A stretch of 64,000 nucleotides of DNA from a virus: IMG/VR virus record IMGVR_UViG_2931359275_000001, one strand, 5' to 3'. A program made the translations under genes and the position numbers. This document shows positions 27,494 to 36,890 of this stretch, one piece after another. The notes under the pieces are model-generated. The model had not been told where the DNA came from. It did not search any database and saw only the letters and a list, made by a program, of their open reading frames with translations. Numbering within the stretch: position 1 is the first letter of the stretch; the number at the start of each line of letters is the position of its first letter.

Positions 27494-28294
27494 TCAAAAC
27501 AAACCACACAATGCCCCAGCATCCCAATTGGTGATCACCAGCTCTTTGCTGCTTTTCACTTGGGCTTGCTTTGCATTGTTGCCATTGCTGTATTTAATCT
27601 TGAGCTCTTGAATCGTTAGCCCGGCAAATGCTTCACGGATGTCGGGATGATCGTTGATGCTGACCATCACCTTGCCTTCGCAGCTTTTCATAAACTCAGC
27701 CATGGCCAGATATTGATCAAATTCAAATGGCACGCCGTACCCTTCGGTTTGCCAATACGGCGGGTCGCAATAAAAGAAGCTGTGCTTACGATCATAACGA
27801 CGCATGCAATCGAGCCAATTCAAATTTTCAACGGTGGTACCGGCCAGGCGTAAATGGGCGGACGAAAGATTCTCTTCAATTCGACACAGATTAATAATCG
27901 GTGCAGTCGTCGCAGTACCGAAGCTTTGCCCATCGACCTTGCCGCCAAAGGCATGCTGCTGCAAATAAAAAAACCGCGCAGCGCGCTGAATATCGGTGAG
28001 TGTTTCGGTTTGGGTGGCCTGCAGCCACTTAAATACTTGCCGTGACGACAACGCCCATTTGAATTGACGAACGAATTCTTCTAAATGATGCTGCACGACA
28101 CGGTACAGATTAACCAAATCGCCATTGATATCGTTAATGACTTCAACTGGGGCAGGAACAGGGCGTAAAAAATACAAAGCGCCACCACCGCAAAAGACTT
28201 CAACATAACAATCGTGCGGTGGGAATAATGGCAACAGGCGGTCAGCCAGTCGGCGCTTACCGCCGAGCCAAGGAATGATGGGGGATGTAGACAT
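27494..28294 (-). CDS. dam: DNA adenine methyltransferase (Dam/D12 class)
   Basis: PWLGGKRRLA, YVEVFCGGGA, VINDIN, FFYCDPPY; GGAG RBS before ATG 28294. Confidence 0.92.
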   Translation of the reverse strand: MSTSPIIPWLGGKRRLADRLLPLFPPHDCYVEVFCGGGALYFLRPVPAPVEVINDINGDLVNLYRVVQHHLEEFVRQFKWALSSRQVFKWLQATQTETLTDIQRAARFFYLQQHAFGGKVDGQSFGTATTAPIINLCRIEENLSSAHLRLAGTTVENLNWLDCMRRYDRKHSFFYCDPPYWQTEGYGVPFEFDQYLAMAEFMKSCEGKVMVSINDHPDIREAFAGLTIQELKIKYSNGNNAKQAQVKSSKELVITNWDAGALCGLF

Positions 28295-28451
28295 TAGCAA
28301 CTCCAGAGTCAGATCCATGATCGGGATCGAATTGGAGGCTCGAGGCCTTCAGATGATTCAGTGTTCCACACCGGGGACACTTGATAGACAGCTCAATAAA
28401 CCGCCCTTCTGCGAGCTTTTTATTGCATTGAGAACAACGTATATTTTGCAT
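28257..28451 (-). CDS. com: Com-family zinc-finger regulator (Mu Com-like)
   Basis: IRCSQCNKKLA...IKCPRCGTLN, overlapping the methylase 5' end. Confidence 0.88.
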   Translation of the reverse strand: MQNIRCSQCNKKLAEGRFIELSIKCPRCGTLNHLKASSLQFDPDHGSDSGVANVYIPHHSLARR

Positions 28452-28492
28452 AGCATATTATAGAACAAACGTTCTTTTTATGTTTGTAAAAT

Positions 28493-28535
28493 GCAAAAAA
28501 AAAGCCCACCCTTGCCATGTAAGCAAGGGTGGGCT
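28493..28535 (-). terminator. Terminator at end of lysis operon
   Basis: 13-bp stem AGCCCACCCTTGC/GCAAGGGTGGGCT with A tract. Confidence 0.8.
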
Positions 28536-28632
28536 GATTATTTTTTAGTCACGACGTTCAAGCCGCGCTGGCATTCGGTTTGATCCGCTTATCTACTACT
28601 TATCCACAACATTAACCTCAGATCTTGTGGAT

Positions 28633-29199
28633 TTAAAATACCCATCCCGCTCGAACGCGAGCGACGTTTTGACCGGCTGGACTTTGCGCCAGATCTAAGC
28701 CCAAACGTACACGTGACAAATCGCGCTCGAGCCAAATGCCTTTTTCACGATCACTGCTATAACTCACACCCACGGCCCAAACTTTAGCCGGCGGTGGGAT
28801 ATAGCTGGCCTCGAGTGGCATATCAATGGCACTGACCACTTCGCCATCTTGCGAGCTCGCGACGATGCGCCGACCATCGCCCGATTGCACTAAGCTCAAA
28901 TCAACCGATACCGGCGGACAATCTAGCCCCGAGGCTTTATTTGCAGCTGGTTTTGGCTTCACAGTTACCGCAATCCGCCGCTCTTCGCGGCTACCCGCTG
29001 GCAAAACATGCGGTGCTGACGACGGTTTGGCCACTGGGCTTCGCGCAGCAATCACACTACCGTCGCTTTGTTGCACAGCGGGTAATGTCGTCACCACTTC
29101 GGTAACAGGGTGGCGATAATCACCGAGCAAATACCCCAGCCAAGCCACAAACAGCAACGCAAGCAGTACGACGACATTTTTAATAGTCAGTTGTTTCAT
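28633..29199 (-). CDS. Putative spanin-like lysis protein (N-terminal TM, C-terminal amphipathic beta strands)
   Basis: ATGA-coupled to endolysin; TM VVVLLALLFVAWLGYLL; ends VARVRAGWVF. Confidence 0.55.
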   Translation of the reverse strand: MKQLTIKNVVVLLALLFVAWLGYLLGDYRHPVTEVVTTLPAVQQSDGSVIAARSPVAKPSSAPHVLPAGSREERRIAVTVKPKPAANKASGLDCPPVSVDLSLVQSGDGRRIVASSQDGEVVSAIDMPLEASYIPPPAKVWAVGVSYSSDREKGIWLERDLSRVRLGLDLAQSPAGQNVARVRAGWVF

Positions 29200-29630
29200 C
29201 GCGCAGTCCGCCATTCTTTACGCTCATAATGCGGATAGTCCGGCGTTTTCCAGCGCCCGCCCCACACCAAACCAAAGCGCTCGCCAATCGGGCCTAGGCT
29301 TAAATAAAAACCCAATTCTCTGGCGTTATTGCCTTGCAAATATTTGCCGTTTTCAAACACCCCGACATCGAGCGCCTCAGCGTCGCCATGCGGCGTTTCG
29401 GGCAAATCGGTGTTATGGGCGCTGCTTTGGGTCCATGTCACTTTGGGGCCGGGCTTAGTTCGCCCTTGCGCATACAAAGCATTTTGCTCAGACTGCGGCC
29501 GCCAAGTGCAGGTTAAACGCACTTCAAGTGCTGGATTTTGCTGTTGTAACGTGGCATTGGCTTCGGCAATAAATTGCTCAGCAAGCCCACGGATGCTGGC
29601 GTGTAAATCTTTGAGTTCACGACTAGACAT
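29196..29630 (-). CDS. Endolysin, peptidase M15 (L-Ala-D-Glu peptidase type)
   Basis: WRPQSEQNALYAQGRTKPG, SAHN...ALD, WGGRWKTPDYPHYE. Confidence 0.92.
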   Translation of the reverse strand: MSSRELKDLHASIRGLAEQFIAEANATLQQQNPALEVRLTCTWRPQSEQNALYAQGRTKPGPKVTWTQSSAHNTDLPETPHGDAEALDVGVFENGKYLQGNNARELGFYLSLGPIGERFGLVWGGRWKTPDYPHYERKEWRTAR

Positions 29631-29693
29631 GAGTTTTTCCATAAAAAAACCCGCCAATCCATACAGACAGGCGGGTCGTTGAGCGATGACGTA

Positions 29694-29975
29694 TTAACCG
29701 CCGTTGATTTTGTTGGCTTGCTTCTTAAACCAGAGCTCGACAAATTGCGCGCCAACAATCCCCAATGCCGAACCAATGCCCAGTAAAGCAATCGGGTGCA
29801 AATTGGGGATCTGAATCAACGCCAAACCGGCAATCGACGACGTTGCCGCGCCTAAAATTGAACGCCCAAAACACAGGCGAACTGTCAATTCTTCTTTTGA
29901 AACCAGCAACTTACCCAGCCCGATCAAAGCGCCCGCCACTAACACGCTGATTAATGTTTTTTCATGTTCTTGCAT
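29694..29975 (-). CDS. Holin, P2 gpY-like
   Basis: EKTLISV...LGKLL..E.LT.RL..GR.ILG...GIGSALGI.G.Q pattern matching P2 gpY. Confidence 0.88.
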   Translation of the reverse strand: MQEHEKTLISVLVAGALIGLGKLLVSKEELTVRLCFGRSILGAATSSIAGLALIQIPNLHPIALLGIGSALGIVGAQFVELWFKKQANKINGG

Positions 29976-29981
29976 ATCGCT

Positions 29982-30572
29982 TCACCGATCTTGAGACGTA
30001 AAAAAACCCGCTTTTGCGGGAGGTTGATTTTCTGTTTTGCCCCGCTGCATTAGCGGACTAAACCGATGACAAATCGGGATTCGCTCAGTCGGATCGCGTA
30101 GCAAATTACCCAGCTTCCACCCGACGCGAATATTGATGCAGCGCCCAAACAGCGACGGCCATGTTGCCGAAAACTCAAACGCGCAGCGACCTTTTTGATC
30201 AGTCACCAGCGTTAAATACGCGCCGGGGATATACGTCGGCACGCGCCGCGCCTGCAGATTGCCCCAATGCCGCAAAGTCGGCCGATCAAACGTTTGCCCG
30301 AGCCAAAAAGAAAAGCCCGCAGCAGGATTGCGCCACTGCCACAGCACATACGTCCACCAACTGGCGGTGTGCGACGCACAAAAACCGGCATCGCCATTGC
30401 AGCCATCCATGCGCGAATCGGGCGTTTGAAACCACCATAACCAGCGCGGCAAATAACCATCGCGTCGAACAAAAAGCGCAATCACCGGCGCCAGCAGCAT
30501 CGCCAGCACTGTAAACAGCACATCCATCACGGCCAAAAATGGCCACATCATGATCAGCCTCATGCTGGCCAC
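29982..30572 (-). CDS. Conserved hypothetical Trp-rich membrane protein
   Basis: N-terminal TM, LPRWLWWFQTPD, WQWRNPA motifs. Confidence 0.6.
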   Translation of the reverse strand: MASMRLIMMWPFLAVMDVLFTVLAMLLAPVIALFVRRDGYLPRWLWWFQTPDSRMDGCNGDAGFCASHTASWWTYVLWQWRNPAAGFSFWLGQTFDRPTLRHWGNLQARRVPTYIPGAYLTLVTDQKGRCAFEFSATWPSLFGRCINIRVGWKLGNLLRDPTERIPICHRFSPLMQRGKTENQPPAKAGFFTSQDR

Positions 30573-31054
30573 CCCACAACAAAGCCCGCCAGCGCTTCAC
30601 CGCTCAACTTTTCGACTTCAGCTTTCATGGTGCGCTGGCGATCGTGGATCCGAAAACCTTGATTAAAAATCGCTTGGTCATGCGCTGCGATGAGTTGTTG
30701 CAGCTGCTCTAGCGTCATCGGCACATCGACGTTATTAGCGTCAGTCCAATAAAACCCAGCTGGCAACCACGGCATTTTGACGCTGTTTTGTAATCGCGTC
30801 GCAACCGCCACGCCGCCGTCCCATGTGTGTTCTGCGTGGCCAAAGACAAAGCCTGCTGCTTCTTGCTGATCGCGCCAAGTGTTTATTTTAGTCACCATTC
30901 CTTGACGCAATTCTTCGTCAGTCTCGACAGTGAGCGGCACGCCGCCTGCTGCGAGCCACGTTTCATAGTCATTAAACCACCGGTGCCCGCGAGGGATTGA
31001 CGCACCATTCTCGATTAAAATAACTATGTCGGGATTTTTCGTTAATTGATACAT
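30560..31054 (-). CDS. Tail fibre assembly chaperone (DUF4376-like)
   Basis: Directly after tail fibre; INTWRDQ...WTDANNVDVPMT pattern. Confidence 0.7.
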   Translation of the reverse strand: MYQLTKNPDIVILIENGASIPRGHRWFNDYETWLAAGGVPLTVETDEELRQGMVTKINTWRDQQEAAGFVFGHAEHTWDGGVAVATRLQNSVKMPWLPAGFYWTDANNVDVPMTLEQLQQLIAAHDQAIFNQGFRIHDRQRTMKAEVEKLSGEALAGFVVGWPA

Positions 31055-31065
31055 ATCAGCTCCTC

Positions 31066-33030
31066 TTACAATTCTGCGTCCGCAGTCCACTCGATCTGCA
31101 AAGTATTCCCAACTAAGCTCGAAGCTGTCATCGTCGAAAGCAAACTCAAACCGTCAATTTGTTGCGATTGGACAGAGGTATTTGTACAGCTCTGTGCCGC
31201 CGCCTGATTCCATACCTGAGCACCCGCAGCGCCGGGGCTATATAAAACAACGCCAGGAATTGTTCTTTTTATTGCTTTAAAAATAATTCTGATCCCTCCC
31301 TGCACGCCGTTTGGCGCAGCGCTTTGCGAGAAAGTCCCAACGCAAGTTGACGCCCCTTTATTTGACTGTATCGGCCCAAACACAAAACTCGTTTCAAAAT
31401 ATCGCTGACACCGAGCAAGTTCAACATCTGCAGGCCGCATCTCAAATGCCGTCGCCACTGCACCTTGCTCAATCTGCGGCATGCTGAATGTGCCGCCGGT
31501 GAAACGGACAACGGCATTTGAGTTTGCTGACAGAGTGAAAGATGCACCTTTTGCGATAGCAGTACCTGCGACTGTCGCGGTTGCTGTTCCGGTCCAATTG
31601 AGCACATACGTACCGCCGATAATATTGGCACCCTCAATCACTTGCTCAACGCCACCCGCTGGCGCCGTCATCACATTGACTGCACCACTCGCGGCCCAAC
31701 TCAGCGACTGCCCCGCGACCACTACGCGCCAGCGGTCAAGTGTGTACTGATTTGCTGTCGTCGTCGGGGAACCAGAAACATAAAAGCGTTGATTGATCGT
31801 GCCAGCGGCGTTGATCAACAAATTGCGAAAACTAAACCCGCCGTCCGTGCCGACTGCAGTTGCGATTGCGGCCATATTCGCGATTTGAGTGCTGTTTATA
31901 GAACGTGCCGCATTCGGCGCACGTGGTACGCCGGTTAAGTTGACGTCCTGAAAATCGGTCAATGCATCAACCACATTCGTGCCATCGCAATACAACGACC
32001 ACGTCCGATCCTGCGTGACGACCACACCGCTACCCGCTGCAGTTTTGACTGTCAGAGTGAACGCGCCGGTGGTTTTGTTGGCAATGGTCCATTTGCCCGA
32101 ACCAGTCGGCACCACTACCGCGATATTGGCGGTCAAAGCGCCTGTGAATTCCAAAATCGCAACACCGGCCTCGGCGGCGGTGAGCGTGACGGTTGCCCCG
32201 CCTGCTACCGATTTAACGACCTTGCCATTCACGGTCGATTGCACAAACTGAGTGTTGGCGATTGAGCCGTCGTTATCGCCCAATGCTGGGGTTGGCGTTG
32301 TTGGTGAACCGGTTAACGCAGGACTGGCCAGCCCGGCTTTTTGCGCCAAAGCGTTGGTCATTGTCGTTGCAAAATTAGGGTCATTGCCCAGCGCTGCTGC
32401 TAACTCATTCAGCGTATCGAGCGCAGCGGGTGATGATGCCACCAGCGCAGCAATTGCCGCAGCGACACCAGCAGGATGCACCGCGAGCGAAGTGCTGGCA
32501 CCGGCGACAGTTTCGGCGTTCGTCGCCAGCTCGACTTTGCCTTGTACGGTTTCGCTGGCATTGGGGACTGTCGCCGCGATGTCAGTAATGCCATAGCCCG
32601 CTACTGTTGTTGGCTTACCCGTGGTGATTTTTGCCCAATCAAGCGCCGGAATATCCGTCGCCGCGAGCGAGGCACCACCAGTCACGCGGCCTTTGGCGTC
32701 AACCGTTACTTTTGGATACGTGCCAGCGGCAACGCCAGTATTGGCCAGTGTTAATGTGGCAGAGACATTCGCTGACCCGTCAAAGTTGACCGAAAACGAC
32801 GCATCACCAATCATTGCAATGCTGCGTGCGATGCTTAATTTGTTGGCTTTCCCAGCGGCAACCATGCCGTTTTCGAGCTCGTCGACGTGCTTTTTTAGGT
32901 ATGCAGTTCGATTGGCGAGCTGCCGTGTTGGTACATTATCAATGCCAGACGGGCCACCTTCTACGGGGTCGCTGGTTTCCCATTGATAAATTCCGCTTTC
33001 CCATTGTCCTGTTTCTTGTAAATCGGCCAT
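31066..33030 (-). CDS. Tail fibre protein
   Basis: WESGIYQWETSDPVEGG..GIDN....QLANRTAYLK N-terminus; GTYPKVTVDAKGRVT; LDTLNELAAALGNDPNFATT. Confidence 0.92.
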   Translation of the reverse strand: MADLQETGQWESGIYQWETSDPVEGGPSGIDNVPTRQLANRTAYLKKHVDELENGMVAAGKANKLSIARSIAMIGDASFSVNFDGSANVSATLTLANTGVAAGTYPKVTVDAKGRVTGGASLAATDIPALDWAKITTGKPTTVAGYGITDIAATVPNASETVQGKVELATNAETVAGASTSLAVHPAGVAAAIAALVASSPAALDTLNELAAALGNDPNFATTMTNALAQKAGLASPALTGSPTTPTPALGDNDGSIANTQFVQSTVNGKVVKSVAGGATVTLTAAEAGVAILEFTGALTANIAVVVPTGSGKWTIANKTTGAFTLTVKTAAGSGVVVTQDRTWSLYCDGTNVVDALTDFQDVNLTGVPRAPNAARSINSTQIANMAAIATAVGTDGGFSFRNLLINAAGTINQRFYVSGSPTTTANQYTLDRWRVVVAGQSLSWAASGAVNVMTAPAGGVEQVIEGANIIGGTYVLNWTGTATATVAGTAIAKGASFTLSANSNAVVRFTGGTFSMPQIEQGAVATAFEMRPADVELARCQRYFETSFVFGPIQSNKGASTCVGTFSQSAAPNGVQGGIRIIFKAIKRTIPGVVLYSPGAAGAQVWNQAAAQSCTNTSVQSQQIDGLSLLSTMTASSLVGNTLQIEWTADAEL

Positions 33031-33611
33031 TAATTGCTCCCGTGTTTATACGTTCGGTCATACCGTGCGACGCCATTGCGCCGCACTGGTACGGCGCGAT
33101 ATTCGATGCTGGCTAAATGGCAACGTGCCGGCGCGAAGTTGCGTAATAATTTTTCAAGTCGATCGGCCTGATCAATCGTCAACACCCGATCGAGCATCAA
33201 CACTCGGTACGAGGCCCAGTCAACCACATTGCCTCGCACCATCATGCCGTTTCTTTTTCTCTTGCCATCGTGCAGGCAGCGAGAAATGCTTTCGATAATG
33301 TCCACCTCGCCAAAACCCAATCGGCGAACAATGTCGCGAATTGCACTTGGCGTACCTTTGCGCTTATGCAATGCAATAGCACCGACGATTAATTCACGTT
33401 GCGCGGTATCTGATTCAGCCAGCTCCCAACCATCGCTAATTAAACTAAATTGATCAGCCAACCACGGTAAAACATCGCTTTTTACTGTTTGCGAGCGGAT
33501 AAGAAAAAGCCGCGTCAGATCTAAACTGAGGCGGCTTTGTTGCATCTGGGCCAGCGCGTTAAACCGTGGATCGCTAGCCAGTGGTGGGACCAGATCAGGA
33601 AAATCAGCCAT
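33030..33611 (-). CDS. Baseplate/tail protein I (P2 gpI-like)
   Basis: LPWLADQF...AIALHKRKGTPSAIR. Confidence 0.88.
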   Translation of the reverse strand: MADFPDLVPPLASDPRFNALAQMQQSRLSLDLTRLFLIRSQTVKSDVLPWLADQFSLISDGWELAESDTAQRELIVGAIALHKRKGTPSAIRDIVRRLGFGEVDIIESISRCLHDGKRKRNGMMVRGNVVDWASYRVLMLDRVLTIDQADRLEKLLRNFAPARCHLASIEYRAVPVRRNGVARYDRTYKHGSN

Positions 33612-34716
33612 CCTCGACCCCCGTTAAGTTAATGGCCACCGCAGTACAGCGCGACCATTGCGTTTGAGCGACCGCCTTATAAATCAACCCTGGCAATTCA
33701 ACGCGCTTCACGCCAGGCACTTGCAATGCAGCTGTGATCTGACTGGGGACAATATCGCTGCCAAGCTGACTACGCATTTGCAGCAATAAGGCATCTAAAC
33801 TGGCTCTCGCTGCGCTCAGCGTTTGCGGCACATTCGCGCTGCTATATAAAGTCAAATTAGCGCCCACACTAAACGCGATCTCGGTTGGTTTAATCGCACT
33901 GACGCTGTCGCACAATGGCCGGCGATCTTCACTTGAACACTTCAACAGCACGGCATCCAAAATGCTTTGCGATGGCAAACCACTGCGCATCAGCGGATAT
34001 AAAGCAATCGAGCCTGGCTGCGGTGTAGCAACGTGAACGTCGATAATGTCGGGATGCGCCGATTTAGCAAAAAATCGATAAGCCCCCACAGGACCAGCAA
34101 CGCTATACGCCTCTGGTGCATCCAGCAGCCGATCACGAAAGCGCGCATCATCTTCAGCTTCGCTACCATCACGGGTTTCGGTCACATTGCGCACCGCTGG
34201 CGTAGCGCCTGCAATCCCCGTCAATAACTCAGTAATTTGCCCTGCGATATAACCATTACCAGCAACACCGGCATCCATCGACGCGCTCGCAACGACAATG
34301 GTTAAACTGCCTGCAAGCAATGTGGCATTGTGTAAGGTCGCCATCGTGACGCGGCCATTTTGACTGCCAACACGAGTACCAGCTGGAATGACGAGCGGCA
34401 CAGCCAGTGGCGCGCCAAGACTGAATTCCAAATCGCAGCGTGCCGATTGCGCCGGTAAACGTGCAACTTCATCATAATTTTTAGCGATTTCATCGAGCAT
34501 TTCCCCGCGCGCAAAGCGCACTAAATTTTGCAGGCCAGCATCTTGTACCGCTTCGCGCAGCAATACTTCTCGATACGCCATAAAGTTAATAAACAGCATT
34601 TCCGGCTGCGCTGGGTACAGTGTTTTTCCCGTTAACCGCTCAAACTCAGCAATCATTTCGAGGGTGATTTTTTCAGGATCACGATCAATTAATTGCGGAA
34701 TGGGTGCATTCACCAT
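33604..34716 (-). CDS. Baseplate J-like protein
   Basis: LYPAQPE, EDDARFRDRL..APEAYSVAGPVGAY. Confidence 0.9.
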   Translation of the reverse strand: MVNAPIPQLIDRDPEKITLEMIAEFERLTGKTLYPAQPEMLFINFMAYREVLLREAVQDAGLQNLVRFARGEMLDEIAKNYDEVARLPAQSARCDLEFSLGAPLAVPLVIPAGTRVGSQNGRVTMATLHNATLLAGSLTIVVASASMDAGVAGNGYIAGQITELLTGIAGATPAVRNVTETRDGSEAEDDARFRDRLLDAPEAYSVAGPVGAYRFFAKSAHPDIIDVHVATPQPGSIALYPLMRSGLPSQSILDAVLLKCSSEDRRPLCDSVSAIKPTEIAFSVGANLTLYSSANVPQTLSAARASLDALLLQMRSQLGSDIVPSQITAALQVPGVKRVELPGLIYKAVAQTQWSRCTAVAINLTGVEDG

Positions 34717-34720
34717 CAAA

Positions 34721-35086
34721 TCACTCACGATAAAACACCTCGGTTTGTCGTGGCTCGCCCCCTGCTGCGGGTTGCCAAACAATTTTAAAATTCAGCCAGT
34801 GCAAATCAGCCGCCTCGACTTCAATCCGCAATAACACAATGCGCGGCTCCCACATCGACAATGCATCAATCAACTCGCGAATCACTAACGGCCGCACTTG
34901 ATTGATTGGCTTATCTAAATGCTGCCAAATATCGCAGCCAAATAAAGGCCGATGTGGATCACTGCCTTTAGGGGTGCGGATAATAATCCGCAGGCATTGA
35001 TCGACATCGGCAAAGGCTTCAACGACCTGATCAAACTGCCCTAGCGCCATACTCCACTCGCTGCTTTGAATCTCGGTCACGTCCAT
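34721..35086 (-). CDS. Baseplate wedge protein W/gp25-like
   Basis: TPKGSDPHRPLFG...WEPRI. Confidence 0.88.
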   Translation of the reverse strand: MDVTEIQSSEWSMALGQFDQVVEAFADVDQCLRIIIRTPKGSDPHRPLFGCDIWQHLDKPINQVRPLVIRELIDALSMWEPRIVLLRIEVEAADLHWLNFKIVWQPAAGGEPRQTEVFYRE

Positions 35087-35089
35087 GCT

Positions 35090-36136
35090 TTATCCTTTTT
35101 CTTGAATCGCCCCCAGCCGTTGTAAAGTCACCGCCGTTTCGTAGCCAGCGCTGCGCTGTATCGTGTGCCGACTGAGCGTAATCTGATACTGCCCATCGAG
35201 TACGCCCATATCGAGCACATCGAGTGAATTGCCAGCAATGGCGCGCACATCACCGATTAAAGTCACTTCACCCTCAGTGGCCTTTAAGTTTTTCTCTTTC
35301 AACGCCGCTCGTGCCATCACTTCGGCTTGCTGTTTATTTTCAGCTCGCGCATTCAGCTTGAGCACATCAGCGTGTTTTTGCTTGGCCAGCGCTTTGTCAT
35401 GCGCGGTAAATTCAAGCAATTTATTACTTTTAGGGTCGAGATAACTCACCGTGGCCGCACGATAAATTGCACTGGTTTTGTCAGTAAACCGATAGCGTTT
35501 CATTTGTTTACGATGTACTTGCAGCACGCTTTGTCTATCCATCGTTGATTCGCGCTGACTAAAAAACAGCTGTTTATCACGTACCGCCACTAGATAACCG
35601 TATTGGCTGGCAATGCGGCTTAAAAACGCCAAATCAGTTTCTTGGTTTTGCGTGACACGCCCCAAATAAATCAACTCCACATCGCCCACTTTTTTCAAGC
35701 CATGCTTATCAGCGACTTGCTTGGCCAGTGTGTCCAAATCCATGCCATCGTATGCTTTACTGATTTTGGTCCGAACGGCCTTAGACACCGCCGCTGCCAA
35801 ACCTTTTAGTACCACTGTATCTGGCGGGCCTTCTAGCTCGATTTCATCGACTTCAAACACCCCGCAGTCGAGCATGGTTTCGCCCTGATAGCCCATGGTT
35901 AAGCGCAATTGATCCCCTTTTTGCGGATACCATGCCCCACGCCATAGGCCAGCACGATCTTCTAAACGCAATTCAAGCTCATCAGCCTCGCCCGTTAATT
36001 TGTCGACATACGTCACCGACAACAGATACGGCGTCAAATACGCAGTAATGTCTTTTTTATCGTACTCAACAAAAAAAACCGGGCGACGCGGCCCGGCATA
36101 CTTGTTTTCAGCGGCGGTTTTTTCTATCTCTTCCAC
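35090..36136 (-). CDS. Tail hub protein D (P2 gpD-like)
   Basis: DKLTGEADELEL, QNQETDLAFLSRIA. Confidence 0.9.
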   Translation of the reverse strand: MEEIEKTAAENKYAGPRRPVFFVEYDKKDITAYLTPYLLSVTYVDKLTGEADELELRLEDRAGLWRGAWYPQKGDQLRLTMGYQGETMLDCGVFEVDEIELEGPPDTVVLKGLAAAVSKAVRTKISKAYDGMDLDTLAKQVADKHGLKKVGDVELIYLGRVTQNQETDLAFLSRIASQYGYLVAVRDKQLFFSQRESTMDRQSVLQVHRKQMKRYRFTDKTSAIYRAATVSYLDPKSNKLLEFTAHDKALAKQKHADVLKLNARAENKQQAEVMARAALKEKNLKATEGEVTLIGDVRAIAGNSLDVLDMGVLDGQYQITLSRHTIQRSAGYETAVTLQRLGAIQEKG

Positions 36137-36345
36137 GGCGGCAAATCCTCAAAAGCAGCTTGATCGCTATCACCCGCTTCTAAAATCGGGATGCGTACAC
36201 GTAAACCACCCGACAGTGCCGGCAAAATGCGCAATTGCGGATTGGCATCTAATATCGGTTGATATAAACATGCATCTCCGTAATAGCGCCAAGCCAGATG
36301 ATCCCAGCGCTCGCCTTCCGCGCTTCGATGCTCAATAAATTCCAT
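36124..36345 (-). CDS. Tail protein X
   Basis: GERWDHLAWRYYG...ILDANP. Confidence 0.85.
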   Translation of the reverse strand: MEFIEHRSAEGERWDHLAWRYYGDACLYQPILDANPQLRILPALSGGLRVRIPILEAGDSDQAAFEDLPPWKR

Positions 36346-36890
36346 TAATTTCGCACCTCATCAATCTTAGTAAACGACACCCCATCACGATTGGTCTCGG
36401 TCCGCGTGGTACTGGACTTTTTAGCCGTAACGGGCTGCTTTTTACCGGGCTTATTTTTGCTTTTACGTGCTGGCGCATTTTCTTTTTGCTTACTTTTTTT
36501 GGCGGTCAGTGGGTCATCTTCAACAAATTCTTTAAGCGATAAACTTGCAGAAATCGACTGCAACGTCCCCAACTGATCGGTTTTTTGATGTGTGACCTCA
36601 ATCTTCTCAATCACAAAGCGCCCAACAATCACACCACTGCCGTAAACAAACGGCAGGGCCTCATGCTTTAAGCGGGCTTCTTGCAATTTTTTGAGCTCAA
36701 CTTCGGGCTCACAAAAAAAGTGATGAAATGACAATTCAATCGTCACCTCATCCAGCGCATCCCCCATCAACTGCAAACGGGGCTTACCTTCAATCACATC
36801 ATGCTGCGCAAAATTGGTCGCTGACGTGGCTTTTAAACCGTCAAAGTAAGTAATTAACTGAAACTCAACATCACCCAATACGGCATACAT
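36345..36890 (-). CDS. Tail protein U (P2 gpU-like)
   Basis: MYAVLGDVEF...FAQHDVIEGKPRLQ..G..LDE. Confidence 0.85.
   Translation of the reverse strand: MYAVLGDVEFQLITYFDGLKATSATNFAQHDVIEGKPRLQLMGDALDEVTIELSFHHFFCEPEVELKKLQEARLKHEALPFVYGSGVIVGRFVIEKIEVTHQKTDQLGTLQSISASLSLKEFVEDDPLTAKKSKQKENAPARKSKNKPGKKQPVTAKKSSTTRTETNRDGVSFTKIDEVRN

Noticed and set aside
29087-29177. Short alternative-frame hydrophobic ORF (MSSYCLRCC...LPKW) as an embedded Rz1
   Set aside because: About 28 codons, no lipobox with a periplasmic domain; coordinates approximate
31066-33030. Tail fibre diversification by invertase or diversity-generating retroelement
   Set aside because: No invertase, reverse transcriptase, second fibre C-terminus or template repeat seen in the window
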